From Nemertoderma westbladi (Eukaryota > Animalia > Xenacoelomorpha), in the NCBI GenBank assembly GCA_032718475.1, contig JAUCBJ010002880.1:1-64000 (forward strand): 64,000 nucleotides of DNA, written 5' to 3'. Every line of letters starts with the position of its first letter. Within the stretch, counting starts at the first letter, position 1. A program made the position numbers and the translations under genes. Positions 26,302 to 41,300 of the stretch are shown here, piece by piece. The notes below the pieces were generated by a model. It was not told the origin of the DNA. It did not search any database and saw only the letters and a program-made list of their open reading frames with translations.

Positions 26302-29300
26302 TAACCTTACTGAACTCTAATTAAACCTTACTGAACTCTATTTAAACCTTACTGAACTCTAATTAAACCTTACTGAACTCTAATTAAAGCTTACTGAACT
26401 CTAATTAAACCTTACTGAACTCTAATTAAACCTTAATGAACTCTATACCGGTGATTAAACCTTACAGAACTCTATAATTAAACCTTACTGAACTCTAATT
26501 AAACCTTACTGAACTCGGTAATTAAACCTTACTGAACTCTAATTAAACCTTACTGAACTCTAATTAAACCTTACTGAACTCTAATTAAACTTTGCTGAAC
26601 TCTATAATTAAACCTTACTGAACTCTAATTAAACCTTACTGAACTCTAATTAAACCTTACTGAACTCTAATTAAACCTTACTGAACTCTATACCGGTAAT
26701 TAAACCTTACAGAACTCTATAATTAAACCTTACTGAACTCTAATTAAACCTTACTGAACTCTAATAAAACCTTACTGAACTCTAATTAAACCTTACTGAA
26801 CTCTATAATTAAACCTTACTGAACTCTATAATTAAACCTTACTGAACTCTAATTAAACCTTACTGAACTCTAATGAAAACCTTACTGAACTCTAATTAAA
26901 CCTTACTGAACTCTATAATGAAACTTTACTGAACTCTAAATAAACCTTACTGAACTCTAATTAAACCTTACTGAACTCTAATTAAACCTTACTGAACTCT
27001 ATAATTAAACCTTACTGAACTCTAATTAAACCTTACTGAACTCTATAATTAAACCTTGCTGAACTCTAATTAAACCTTACTGAACTCCAATTAAACCTTA
27101 CTGAACTCTAATTAAACCTTAATGAACTCTAATTAAACCTTACTGAACTCTATAATTAAACCTTACTGAACTCTAATTAAACCTTACTGAACTCTGATTA
27201 AACCTTACTGAACTCGGTAATTAAACCTTACTGAACTCTAATTAAACCTTACTGAAGTCTAATTAAACCTTACTGAACTCTAATAAAACCTTACTGAACT
27301 CTAATTAAACCTTACTGAACTCGGTAATTAAACCTTACTGAACTCTAATTAAACCTTACTGAACTCTAATTAAACCATACTGAACTCTAATTAAACCTTA
27401 CTGAACTCTAATTAAACCTTACTGAACTCGGTAATTAAACCTTACTGAACTCTAATTAAACCTTACTGAACTCTAATTAAACCATACTGAACTCTAATTA
27501 AACCATACTGAACTCTAATTAAACCTTACTGAACTCTAATTAAACCTTACTGAACTCTAATTAAACCTTACTGAACTCTAATTAAACCTTACTGAACTCT
27601 AATTAAACCTTACTGAACTCTAATTAAACCTTAATGAACTCTAATTAAACCTTACTGAACTCTAATTAAACCTTACTGAACTCTAATTAAACCTTACTGA
27701 ACTCTAATTAAACCTTACTGAACTCTATAATTAAACCTTAATGAACTCGGTAATTAAACCTTACTGAACTCTAATTAAACCTTAATGAACTCTAATTAAA
27801 CCTTACTGAACTCTATAATTAAACCTTACTGAACTCTAATTAAACCTTACTGAACTCTAATTAAACCTTACTGAACTCTAATAAAACCTTACTGAACTCT
27901 AATTAAACCTTACTGAACTCTAATTAAACCTTAATGAACTCTAATTAAACCTTACTGAACTCTATAATTAAACCTTACTGAACTCTAATTAAACCTTACT
28001 GAACTCCAATTAAACCTTACTGAACTCTATAATTAAACCTTACTGAACTCTACTTAAACCTTACTGAACTCTAATTAAACCTTACTGAACTCTATAATTA
28101 AACCTTACTGAACTCTAATTAAACCTTACTGAACTCTAATTAAACCTTACTGAACTTTAATTAAACCTTAATGAACTCTAATTAAACCTTACTGAACTCT
28201 ATAATTAAACCTTACTGAACTCTAATTAAACCTTACTGAACTCTAATTAAACCTTACTGAACTCTATAATTAAACCTTAATGAACTCGGTAATTAAACCT
28301 TACTGAACTCTAATTAAACCTTACTGAACTCTAATTAAACCTTACTGAACTCGGTAATTAAACCTTACTGAACTCTAATTAAACCTTACTGAACTCTGAT
28401 TAAACCTTACTGAACTCTAATTAAACCTTACTGAACTCGGTAAATAAACCTTACTGAACTCTAATTAAACTTTACTGAACTCTAATTAAACCTTACTGAA
28501 CTCTAATTAAACCTTAATGAACTCTAATTAAACCTTACAGAACTCTATAATTAAACCTTACTGAACTCTAATTAAACCTTACTGAACTCTGATTAAACCT
28601 TACTGAACTCTAATTAAACCTTACTGAACTCGGTAAATAAACCTTACTGAACTCTAATTAAACTTTACTGAACTCTAATTAAACCTTACTGAACTCTAAT
28701 TAAACCTTAATGAACTCTAATTAAACCTTACAGAACTCTATAATTAAACCTTACTGAACTCTAATTAAACCTTACTGAACTCTGATTAAACCTTACTGAA
28801 CTCTAATTAAACCTTACTGAACTCGGTAAATAAACCTTACTGAACTCTAATTAAACTTTACTGAACTCTAATTAAACCTTACTGAACTCTAATTAAACCT
28901 TAATGAACTCTAATTAAACCTTACAGAACTCTATAATTAAACCTTACTGAACTCTAATTAAACCTTGAACTCTAATTAAACCTTACTGAACTCTAATTAA
29001 ACCTTACTGAACTCGGTAAATAAACCTTACTGAACTCTAATTAAACCTTAATGAACTCTAATTAAACCTTACAGAACTCTATAATTAAACCTTACTGAAC
29101 TCTAATTAAACCTTACTGAACTCTAATTAAACCTTGCTGAACTCTAATTAAACCTTACTGAACTCTAATTAAACCTTACTGAACTCGGTAATTAAACCTT
29201 AATGAACTCGGTAATTAAACCTTACTGAACTCTAATTAAACCTTTCTGAACTCTAATTAAACCTTACTAAGCTCTAATTAAACCATACTGAACTCTAATT

Positions 29301-32300
29301 AAACCTTACTGAACTCTAATTAAACCTTTCTGAACTCTAATTAAACCTTACTAAGCTCTAATTAAACCATACTGAACTCTAATTAAACCTTACTGAACTC
29401 TAATTAAACCTTACTGAACTCGAATTAAACCTTACTGGACTCTAATTAAACCTTACTGAACTCGGTAATTAAACCTTACTGAACTCTATAATTAAACCTT
29501 ACTGAACTCTAATTAAACCTTACTGAACTCTAATTAAACCTTACTGAACTCTAATTAAACCTTACTGAACTCTAATTAAACCTTACTGAACTCTATAATT
29601 AAACCTTACTGAACTCTAATTAAACCTTACTGAACTCTAATTAAACCTTACTGAACTCTATAATTAAACCTTACTGAACTCTAATTAAACCTTACTGAAC
29701 TCTAATTAAACCTTTCTGAACTCTAATTAAACCTTACTAAGCTCTAATTAAACCATACTGAACTCTAATTAAACCTTACTGAACTCTAATTAAACCTTAC
29801 TGAACTCTAATTAAACCTTACTGAACTCTAATTAAACCTTACTGAACTCGGTAATTAAACCTTACTGAACTCTAATTAAACCTTAGTGAACTCTAATTAA
29901 ACCTTACTGAACTCTAATTAAACCTTACTGAACTCGGTAATTAAACCTTACTGAACTCTAATTAAACCTTACTGAACTCTAATTAAACCTTACTGAACTC
30001 TAATTAAACCTTACTGAACTCTATAATTAAACCTTACTGAACTCTATAATTAAACCTTACTGAACTCGGTAATTAAACCTTACTGAACTCTATAATTAAA
30101 CCTTAATGAACTCGGTAATTAAACCTTACTGAACTCTAATTAAACCTTACTGAACTCTATAATTAAACCTTACTGAACTCTAATTAAACCTTACTGAACT
30201 CTAATTAAACCTTACTGAACTCTAATTAAACCTTAATGAACTCTAATTAAACCTTACTGAACTCTAATTAAACCTTACTGAACTCTATAATTAAACCTTA
30301 ATGAACTCGGTAATTAAACCTTACTGAACTCTAATTAAACCTTACTGAACTCTAATTAAACCTTACTGAACTCGGTAATTAAACCTTACTGAGCTCTAAT
30401 TAAACCTTACTGAACTCTAATTAAACCTTACTGAACTCTAATTAAACCTTACTGAACTCTAATTAAACCTTAATGAACTCTAATTAAACCTTACTGAACT
30501 CGGTAATTAAACCATACTGAACTCTAATTAAACCTTAATGAACTCTAATTAAACCTTACTGAACTCTAATTAAACCTTAATGAACTCTAATTAAACCTTA
30601 CTGAACTCGGTAATTAAACCATACTGAACTCTAATTAAACCTTACTGAGCTCTAATTAAACCTTACTGAACTCTAATTAAACCTTGCTGAACTCTAATTA
30701 AACCTTACTGAACTCTAATTAAACCTTACTGAACTCGGTAATTAAACCTTAATGAACTCGGTAATTAAACCTTACTGAACTCTAATTAAACCTTTCTGAA
30801 CTCTAATTAAACCTTACTAAGCTCTAATTAAACCATACTGAACTCTAATTAAACCTTACTGAACTCTAATTAAACCTTTCTGAACTCTAATTAAACCTTA
30901 CTAAGCTCTAATTAAACCATACTGAACTCTAATTAAACCTTACTGAACTCTAATTAAACCTTACTGAACTCGAATTAAACCTTACTGGACTCTAATTAAA
31001 CCTTACTGAACTCGGTAATTAAACCTTACTGAACTCTATAATTAAACCTTACTGAACTCTAATTAAACCTTACTGAACTCTAATTAAACCTTACTGAACT
31101 CTAATTAAACCTTACTGAACTCTAATTAAACCTTACTGAACTCTATAATTAAACCTTACTGAACTCTAATTAAACCTTACTGAACTCTAATTAAACCTTA
31201 CTGAACTCTATAATTAAACCTTACTGAACTCTAATTAAACCTTACTGAACTCTAATTAAACCTTTCTGAACTCTAATTAAACCTTACTAAGCTCTAATTA
31301 AACCATACTGAACTCTAATTAAACCTTACTGAACTCTAATTAAACCTTACTGAACTCTAATTAAACCTTACTGAACTCTAATTAAACCTTACTGAACTCG
31401 GTAATTAAACCTTACTGAACTCTAATTAAACCTTAGTGAACTCTAATTAAACCTTACTGAACTCTAATTAAACCTTACTGAACTCGGTAATTAAACCTTA
31501 CTGAACTCTAATTAAACCTTACTGAACTCTAATTAAACCTTACTGAACTCTAATTAAACCTTACTGAACTCTATAATTAAACCTTACTGAACTCTATAAT
31601 TAAACCTTACTGAACTCGGTAATTAAACCTTACTGAACTCTATAATTAAACCTTAATGAACTCGGTAATTAAACCTTACTGAACTCTAATTAAACCTTAC
31701 TGAACTCTATAATTAAACCTTACTGAACTCTAATTAAACCTTACTGAACTCTAATTAAACCTTACTGAACTCTAATTAAACCTTAATGAACTCTAATTAA
31801 ACCTTACTGAACTCTAATTAAACCTTACTGAACTCTATAATTAAACCTTAATGAACTCGGTAATTAAACCTTACTGAACTCTAATTAAACCTTACTGAAC
31901 TCTAATTAAACCTTACTGAACTCGGTAATTAAACCTTACTGAGCTCTAATTAAACCTTACTGAACTCTAATTAAACCTTACTGAACTCTAATTAAACCTT
32001 ACTGAACTCTAATTAAACCTTAATGAACTCTAATTAAACCTTACTGAACTCGGTAATTAAACCATACTGAACTCTAATTAAACCTTAATGAACTCTAATT
32101 AAACCTTACTGAACTCTAATTAAACCTTAATGAACTCTAATTAAACCTTACTGAACTCGGTAATTAAACCATACTGAACTCTAATTAAACCTTACTGAGC
32201 TCTAATTAAACCTTACTGAACTCTAATTAAACCTTACTGAACTCTAATTAAACCTTACTGAACTCTAATTAAACCTTAATGAACTCTAATTAAACCTTAC

Positions 32301-35300
32301 TGAACTCGGTAATTAAACCTTACTGAACTCTATAATTAAACCTTAATGAACTCGGTAATTAAACCTTACTGAACTCTAATTAAACCTTACTGAACTCTAA
32401 TTAAACCTTACTGAACTCGGTAATTAAACCTTACTGAGCTCTAATTAAACCTTACTGAACTCTAATTAAACCTTACTGAACTCTAATTAAACCTTACTGA
32501 ACTCTAATTAAACCTTACTGAACTCTAATTAAACCTTACTGAACTCTAATTAAACCTTACTGAACTCTAATTAAACCTTACTGAACTCTAATTAAACCTT
32601 ACTGAACTCTAATTAAACCTTACTGAACTCGGTAATTAAAACCTTACTGAACTCTAATTAAACCTTACTGAACTCTAATTAAACCTTTCTGAACTCTAAT
32701 TAAACCTTACTGAACTCTAATTAAACCTTACTGAACTCTAATTAAACCTTGCTGAACTCTAATTAAACCTTGCTGAACTCTAATTAAACCTTACTGAACT
32801 CTGATTAAATCTTACTGAACTCGGTAATTAAACCTTACTGAACTCTAATTAAACCTTACTGAAGTCTAATTAAACCTTACTGAACTCTAATTAAACCTTA
32901 CTGAACTCTAATTAAACCTTACTGAACTCTAATTAAACCTTACTGAACTCGGTAATTAAACCTTACTGAACTCTAATTAAACCTTACTGAACTCTAATTA
33001 AACCTTACTGAACTCTAATTAAACCTTATTGAACTCTAATTAAACCTTACTGAACTCGGTAATTAAACCTTACTGAACTCTAATTAAACCTTACTGAACT
33101 CTGATTAAACCTTACTGAACTCAGTAATTAAACCTTACTGAACTCTAATTAAACCTTACTGAACTCTATAATTAAACCTTACTGAACTCTATAATTAAAC
33201 CTTACTGAACTCTAATTAAACCTTACTGAACTCTAATTAAACCTTACTGAACTCTAATTAAACCTTACTGAACTCTATAATTAAACCTTACTGAACTCTA
33301 ATTAAACCTTACTGAACTCTAATTAAACCTTACTGAACTCTATAATTAAACCTTACTGAACTCTATAATTAAACCTTACTGAACTCTAATTAAACCTTAC
33401 TGAACTCTAATTAAACCTTACTGAACTCTAATTAAACCTTACTGAACTCGGTAATTAAACCTTACTGAACTCTAATTAAACCTTACTGAACTCTAATTAA
33501 ACCTTTCTGAACTCTAATTAAACCTTACTGAACTCTAATTAAACCTTACTGAACTCTAATTAAACCTTACTGAACTCTAATTAAACCTTACTGAACTCTA
33601 ATTAAACCTTTCTGAACTCGGTAATTAAACCTTACTGAACTCTAATTAAACCTTACTGAACTCTAATTAAACCATACTGAACTCTATAATTAAACCTTAC
33701 TGAACTCTAATTAAACCTTACTGAACTCGGTAATTAAACCTTACTGAACTCTAATTAAACCTTAGTGAACTCTTATTAAACCTTGCTGAACTCTAATTAA
33801 ACCTTACTGAACTCTAATTAAACCTTACTGAACTCGGTAATTAAACCATACTGAACTCTAATTAAACCTTAATGAACTCTAATTAAACCTTACTGAACTC
33901 TATAATTAAACCTTACTGAACTCTAATTAAACCTTACTGAACTCTAATTAAACCTTACTGAACTCGGTAATTAAACCTTACTGAACTCTAATTAAACCTT
34001 ACTGAACTCTAATTAAACCTTGCTGAACTCTAATTAAACCTTACTAAGCTCTAATTAAACCATACTGAACTCTAATTAAACCTTACTGAACTCCAATTAA
34101 ACCTTACTGAACTCTAATAAAACCTTACTGAACTCTAATTAAACCTTACTGAACTCTAATTAAACCTTACTGAACTCTAATTAAACCTTACTGAACTCTA
34201 ATAAAACCTTACTGAACTCTAATTAAACCTTACTGAACTCTATAATTAAACCTTAATGAACTCGGTAATTAAACCTTACTGAACTCTAATTAAACCTTAC
34301 TTAACTCTAATTAAACCTTACTGAACTCTAATTAAACCTTACTTAACTCTAATTAAACCTTACTGAACTCTAATAAAACCTTACTGAACTCTAATTAAAC
34401 CTTACTGAACTCTATAATTAAACCTTAATGAACTCGGTAATTAAACCTTACTGAACTCTAATTAAACCTTACTTAACTCTAATTAAACCTTACTGAACTC
34501 TAATTAAACCTTACTTAACTCTAATTAAACCTTACTGAACTCTAATAAAACCTTACTGAACTCTAATTAAACCTTACTGAACTCTATAATTAAACCTTAA
34601 TGAACTCGGTAATTAAACCTTACTGAACTCTAATTAAACCTTACTTAACTCTAATTAAACCTTACTGAACTCTAATTAAACCTTACTTAACTCTAATTAA
34701 ACCTTACTGAACTCTAATTAAACCTTACTGAACTCGGTAATTAAACCTTACTGAACTCTAATTAAACCTTACTTAACTCTAATTAAACCTTACTTAACTC
34801 TAATTAAACCTTACTGAACTCTAATAAAACCTTACTGAACTCTAATTAAACCTTACTGAACTCTATAATTAAACCTTAATGAACTCGGTAATTAAACCTT
34901 ACTGAACTCTAATTAAACCTTACTTTACTCTAATTAAACCTTACTGAACTCTAATAAAACCTTACTTAACTCTAATTAAACCTTACTGAACTCTAATTAA
35001 ACCTTACTGAACTCGGTAATTAAACCTTACTGAACTCTAATTAAACCTTACTGAACTCTAATTAAACCTTACTGAACTCTAATTAAACCTTACTGAATTC
35101 TAATTAAACCTTACTGAACTCTAATTAAACCTTACTGAACTCGGTAATTAAACCTTACTGAACTCTAATTAAACCTTACTGAACTCTGATTAAACCTTAC
35201 TGAACTCTAATTAAACCTTACTGAACTCTGATTAAACCTTACTGAACTCGGTAATTAAACCTTACTGAACTCTAATTAAACCTTACTGAACTCTATAATT

Positions 35301-38300
35301 AAACCTTACTGAACTCTAATTAAACCTTACTGAACTCTAATTAAACCTTACTTAACTCTAATTAAACCTTACTGAACTCTAATTAAACCTTACTTAACTC
35401 TAATTAAACCTTACTGAACTCTAATAAAACCTTACTGAACTCTAATTAAACCTTACTGAACTCTATAATTAAACCTTAATGAACTCGGTAATTAAACCTT
35501 ACTGAACTCTAATTAAACCTTACTTAACTCTAATTAAACCTTACTGAACTCTAATTAAACCTTACTTAACTCTAATTAAACCTTACTGAACTCTAATAAA
35601 ACCTTACTGAACTCTAATTAAACCTTACTGAACTCTATAATTAAACCTTAATGAACTCGGTAATTAAACCTTACTGAACTCTAATTAAACCTTACTTAAC
35701 TCTAATTAAACCTTACTGAACTCTAATTAAACCTTACTTAACTCTAATTAAACCTTACTGAACTCTAATTAAACCTTACTGAACTCGGTAATTAAACCTT
35801 ACTGAACTCTAATTAAACCTTACTTAACTCTAATTAAACCTTACTTAACTCTAATTAAACCTTACTGAACTCTAATAAAACCTTACTGAACTCTAATTAA
35901 ACCTTACTGAACTCTATAATTAAACCTTAATGAACTCGGTAATTAAACCTTACTGAACTCTAATTAAACCTTACTTTACTCTAATTAAACCTTACTGAAC
36001 TCTAATAAAACCTTACTTAACTCTAATTAAACCTTACTGAACTCTAATTAAACCTTACTGAACTCGGTAATTAAACCTTACTGAACTCTAATTAAACCTT
36101 ACTGAACTCTAATTAAACCTTACTGAACTCTAATTAAACCTTACTGAATTCTAATTAAACCTTACTGAACTCTAATTAAACCTTACTGAACTCGGTAATT
36201 AAACCTTACTGAACTCTAATTAAACCTTACTGAACTCTGATTAAACCTTACTGAACTCTAATTAAACCTTACTGAACTCTGATTAAACCTTACTGAACTC
36301 GGTAATTAAACCTTACTGAACTCTAATTAAACCTTACTGAACTCTATAATTAAACCTTACTGAACTCTAATTAAACCTTACTGAACTCTAATTAAACCTT
36401 ACTGAACTCTATAATTAAACCTTACTGAACTCTAATTAAACCTTACTGAACTCTAATTAAACCTTACTGAACTCTAATTAAACCTTACTGCTTACTGAAC
36501 TCTTATTAAACCTTACTGAACTCTAATTAAACCTTACTGAACTCTATAATTAAACCTTACTGAACTCGGTAATTAAACCTTACTGAACTCTAATTAAACC
36601 TTACTGAACTCTATAATTAAACCTTACTGAACTCTAATTAAACCTTACTGAACTCGGTAATTAAACCTTACTGAACTCTAATTAAACCTTACTGAACTCT
36701 ATAATTAAACCTTACTGAACTCTAATTAAACCTTACTGAACTCTGATTAAACCTTACTGAACTCTAATTAAACCTTACTGAACTCTAATTAAACCTTACT
36801 TAACTCTAATTAAACCTTACTTAACTCTAATTAAACCTTACTGAACTCTAATTAAACCTTACTTAACTCTAATTAAACCTTACTTAACTCTAATTAAACC
36901 TTACTTAACTCTAATTAAACCTTACTGAACTCTAATTAAACCTTACTTAACTCTAATTAAACCTTACTGAACTCTAATAAAATCTTACTGAACTCTAATT
37001 AAACCTTACTGAACTCTATAATTAAACCTTAATGAACTCGGTAATTAAACCTTACTGAACTCTAATTAAACCTTACTTAACTCTAATTAAACCTTACTGA
37101 ACTCTAATTAAACCTTACTTAACTCTAATTAAACCTTACTGAACTCTAATTAAACCTTACTGAACTCGGTAATTAAACCTTACTTAACTCTAATTAAACC
37201 TTACTGAACTCTAATTAAACCTTACTGAACTCTAATTAAACCTTACTGAACTCTAATTAAACCTTACTGAATTCTAATTAAACCTTACTGAACTCTAATT
37301 AAACCTTACTGAACTCGGTAATTAAACCTTACTGAACTCTAATTAAACCTTACTGAACTCGGTAATTAAACCTTACTGAACTCTAATTAAACCTTACTGA
37401 ACTCTATAATTAAACCTTACTGAACTCTAATTAAACCTTACTGAACTCGGTAATTAAACCTTACTGAACTCTAATTAAACCTTACTGAACTCTATAATTA
37501 AACCTTACTGAACTCTAATTAAACCTTACTGAACTCTGATTAAACCTTACTGAACTCTAATTAAACCTTACTGAACTCTGATTAAACCTTACTGAACTCG
37601 GTAATTAAACCTTACTGAACTCTAATTAAACCTTACTGAACTCTATAATTAAACCTTACTGAACTCTAATTAAACCTTACTGAACTCTAATTAAACCTTA
37701 CTGAACTCTATAATTAAACCTTACTGAACTCTAATTAAACCTTACTGAACTCTAATTAAACCTTACTGAACTCTAATTAAACCTTACTGCTTACTGAACT
37801 CTTATTAAACCTTACTGAACTCTAATTAAACCTTACTGCTTACTGAACTCTTATTAAACCTTACTGAACTCTAATTAAACCTTTCTGAACTCTGATTAAA
37901 CCTTACTGAACTCTAATTAAACCTTACTGAACTCTGATTAAACCTTACTGAACTCGGTAATTAAACCTTACTGAACTCTAATTAAACCTTACTGAACTCT
38001 ATAATTAAACCTTACTGAACTCTAATTAAACCTTACTGAACTCTAATTAAACCTTACTGAACTCTGATTAAACCTTACTGAACTCTAATTAAACCTTTCT
38101 GAACTCTGATTAAACCTTACTGAACTCTAATTAAACCTTACTGAACTCTGATTAAACCTTACTGAACTCGGTAATTAAACCTTACTGAACTCTAATTAAA
38201 CCTTACTGAACTCTATAATTAAACCTTACTGAACTCTAATTAAACCTTACTGAACTCTAATTAAACCTTACTGAACTCTGATTAAACCTTACTGAACTCT

Positions 38301-41300
38301 AATTAAACCTTACTGAACTCTGATTAAACCTTACTGAACTCTAATTAAACCTTACTGAACTCTAATTAAACCTTACTGAACTCTATAATTAAACCTTACT
38401 GAACTCTAATTAAACCTTACTGAACTCTATAATTAAACCTTACTGAACTCTAATTAAACCTTACTGAACTCTAATTAAACCTTACTGAACTCTATAATTA
38501 AACCTTACTGAACTCTAATTAAACCTTACTGAACTCTAATTAAACCTTACTGAACTCTAATTAAACCTTACTGAACTCGGTAATTAAACCTTACTGAACT
38601 CGGTAATTAAACCTTACTGAACTCTAATTAAACCTTACTGAACTCTATAATTAAACCTTACTGAACTCTAATTAAACCTTACTGAACTCGGTAATTAAAC
38701 CTTACTGAATTCTAATTAAACCTTACTGAACTCTAATTAAACCTTACTGAACTCGGTAATTAAACCTTACTGAACTCTAATTAAACCTTACTGAACTCTA
38801 TAATTAAACCTTACTGAACTCTAATTAAACCTTACTGAACTCTGATTAAACCTTACTGAACTCGGTAATTAAACCTTACTGAACTCTAATTAAACCTTAC
38901 TGAACTCTATAATTAAACCTTACTGAACTCTAATTAAACCTTACTGAACTCGGTAATTAAACCTTACTGAACTCTAATTAAACCTTAGTGAACTCTTATT
39001 AAACCTTGCTGAACTCTAATTAAACCTTACTGAACTCTAATTAAACCTTACTGAACTCGGTAATTAAACCATACTGAACTCTAATTAAACCTTAATGAAC
39101 TCTAATTAAACCTTACTGAACTCTATAATTAAACCTTACTGAACTCTAATTAAACCTTACTGAACTCTAATTAAACCTTACTGAACTCGGTAATTAAACC
39201 TTACTGAACTCTAATTAAACCTTGCTGAACTCTAATTAAACCTTGCTGAACTCTAATTAAACCTTACTGAACTCTAATTAAACCTTACTGAACTCTAATT
39301 AAACCTTACTGAACTCTAATTAAACCTTACTGAACTCTAATTAAACCTTACTGAACTCGGTAATTAAACCTTACTGAACTCTAATTAAACCTTACTGAAC
39401 TCTAATTAAACCTTACTGAACTCTAATTAAACCTTACTAAGCTCTAATTAAACCATACTGAACTCTAATTAAACCTTACTGAACTCGGTAATTAAACCAT
39501 ACTGAACTCTAATTAAACCTTAATGAACTCTAATTAAACCTTACTGAACTCTATAATTAAACCTTACTGAACTCTAATTAAACCTTACTGAACTCTAATT
39601 AAACCTTACTGAACTCGGTAATTAAACCTTACTGAACTCTAATTAAACCTTACTGAACTCTAATTAAACCTTGCTGAACTCTAATTAAACCTTACTAAGC
39701 TCTAATTAAACCATACTGAACTCTAATTAAACCTTACTGAACTCTGATTAAACCTTACTGAACTCTAATTAAACCTTACTGAACTCTAATTAAACCTTAC
39801 TGAACTCTATAATTAAACCTTACTGAACTCTAATTAAACCTTACTGAACTCTATAATTAAACCTTACTGAACTCTAATAAAACCTTACTGAACTCTAATT
39901 AAACCTTACTGAACTCTATAATTAAACCTTAATGAACTCGGTAATTAAACCTTACTGAACTCTAATTAAACCTTACTGAACTCTAATTAAACCTTACTGA
40001 ACTCTAATAAAACCTTACTGAACTCTAATTAAACCTTACTGAACTCTAATTAAACCTTACTGAACTCTAATTAAACCTTACTGAACTCTAATTAAACCTT
40101 ACTGAACTCTAATTAAACCTTACTGAATTCTAATTAAACCTTACTGAACTCTAATTAAACCTTACTGAACTCGGTAATTAAACCTTACTGAACTCTAATT
40201 AAACCTTACTGAACTCGGTAATTAAACCTTACTGAACTCTAATTAAACCTTACTGAACTCTATAATTAAACCTTACTGAACTCTAATTAAACCTTGCTGA
40301 ACTCTAATTAAACCTTACTGAACTCTAATTAAACCTTACTGAACTCTAATTAAACCTTGCTGAACTCTAATTAAACCTTACTGAACTCTAATTAAACCTT
40401 ACTGAACTCTAATTAAACCTTTCTGAACTCTAATTAAACCATACTGAACTCTAATTAAACCTTACTGAACTCTAATTAAACCTTACTGAACTCTAATTAA
40501 ACCTTACTGAAGTCTAATTAAACCTTGCTGAAGTCTAATTAAACCTTACTGAAGTCTAATTAAACCTTACTGAACTCTAATTAAACCTTACTGAAGTCTA
40601 ATTAAACCTTACTGAAGTCTAATTAAACCTTACTGAAGTCTAATTAAACCTTGCTGAACTCTAATTAAACCTTACTGAAGTCTAATTAAACCTTACTGAG
40701 GTCTAATTAAACCTTACTGAAGTCTAATTAAACCTTACTGAAGTCTAATTAAACCTTGCTGAACTCTAATTAAACCTTACTGAAGTCTAATTAAACCTTA
40801 CTGAACTCTAATTAAACCTTGCTGAACTCTAATTAAACCTTACTGAACTCTAATTAAACCTTACTGAACTCTAATTAAACCTTACTGAACTCTAATTAAA
40901 CCTTACTGAACTCTATAATTAAACCTTACTGAACTCTAATTAAACCTTACTGAACTCTGATTAAACCATACTGAACTCTAATTAAACCTTACTGAACTCT
41001 AATTAAACCTTACTGCTTACTGAACTCTAATTAAACCTTACTGAACTCTAATTAAACCTTACTGAACTCTAATTAAACCTTACTGAATTCTAATTAAACC
41101 TTGCTGAACTCTAATTAAACCTTACTGAACTCTAATCAAACCTTACTGAACTCTAATTAAACCTTACTGAACTCTAATTAAACCTTACTGAACTCAAATT
41201 AAACCTTACTGAACTCTAATTAAACCTTACTGAACTCGAACTCTAATTAAACCTTACTGAACTCTAATTAAACATTTCTAAACTCTATAACTAAACCTTA

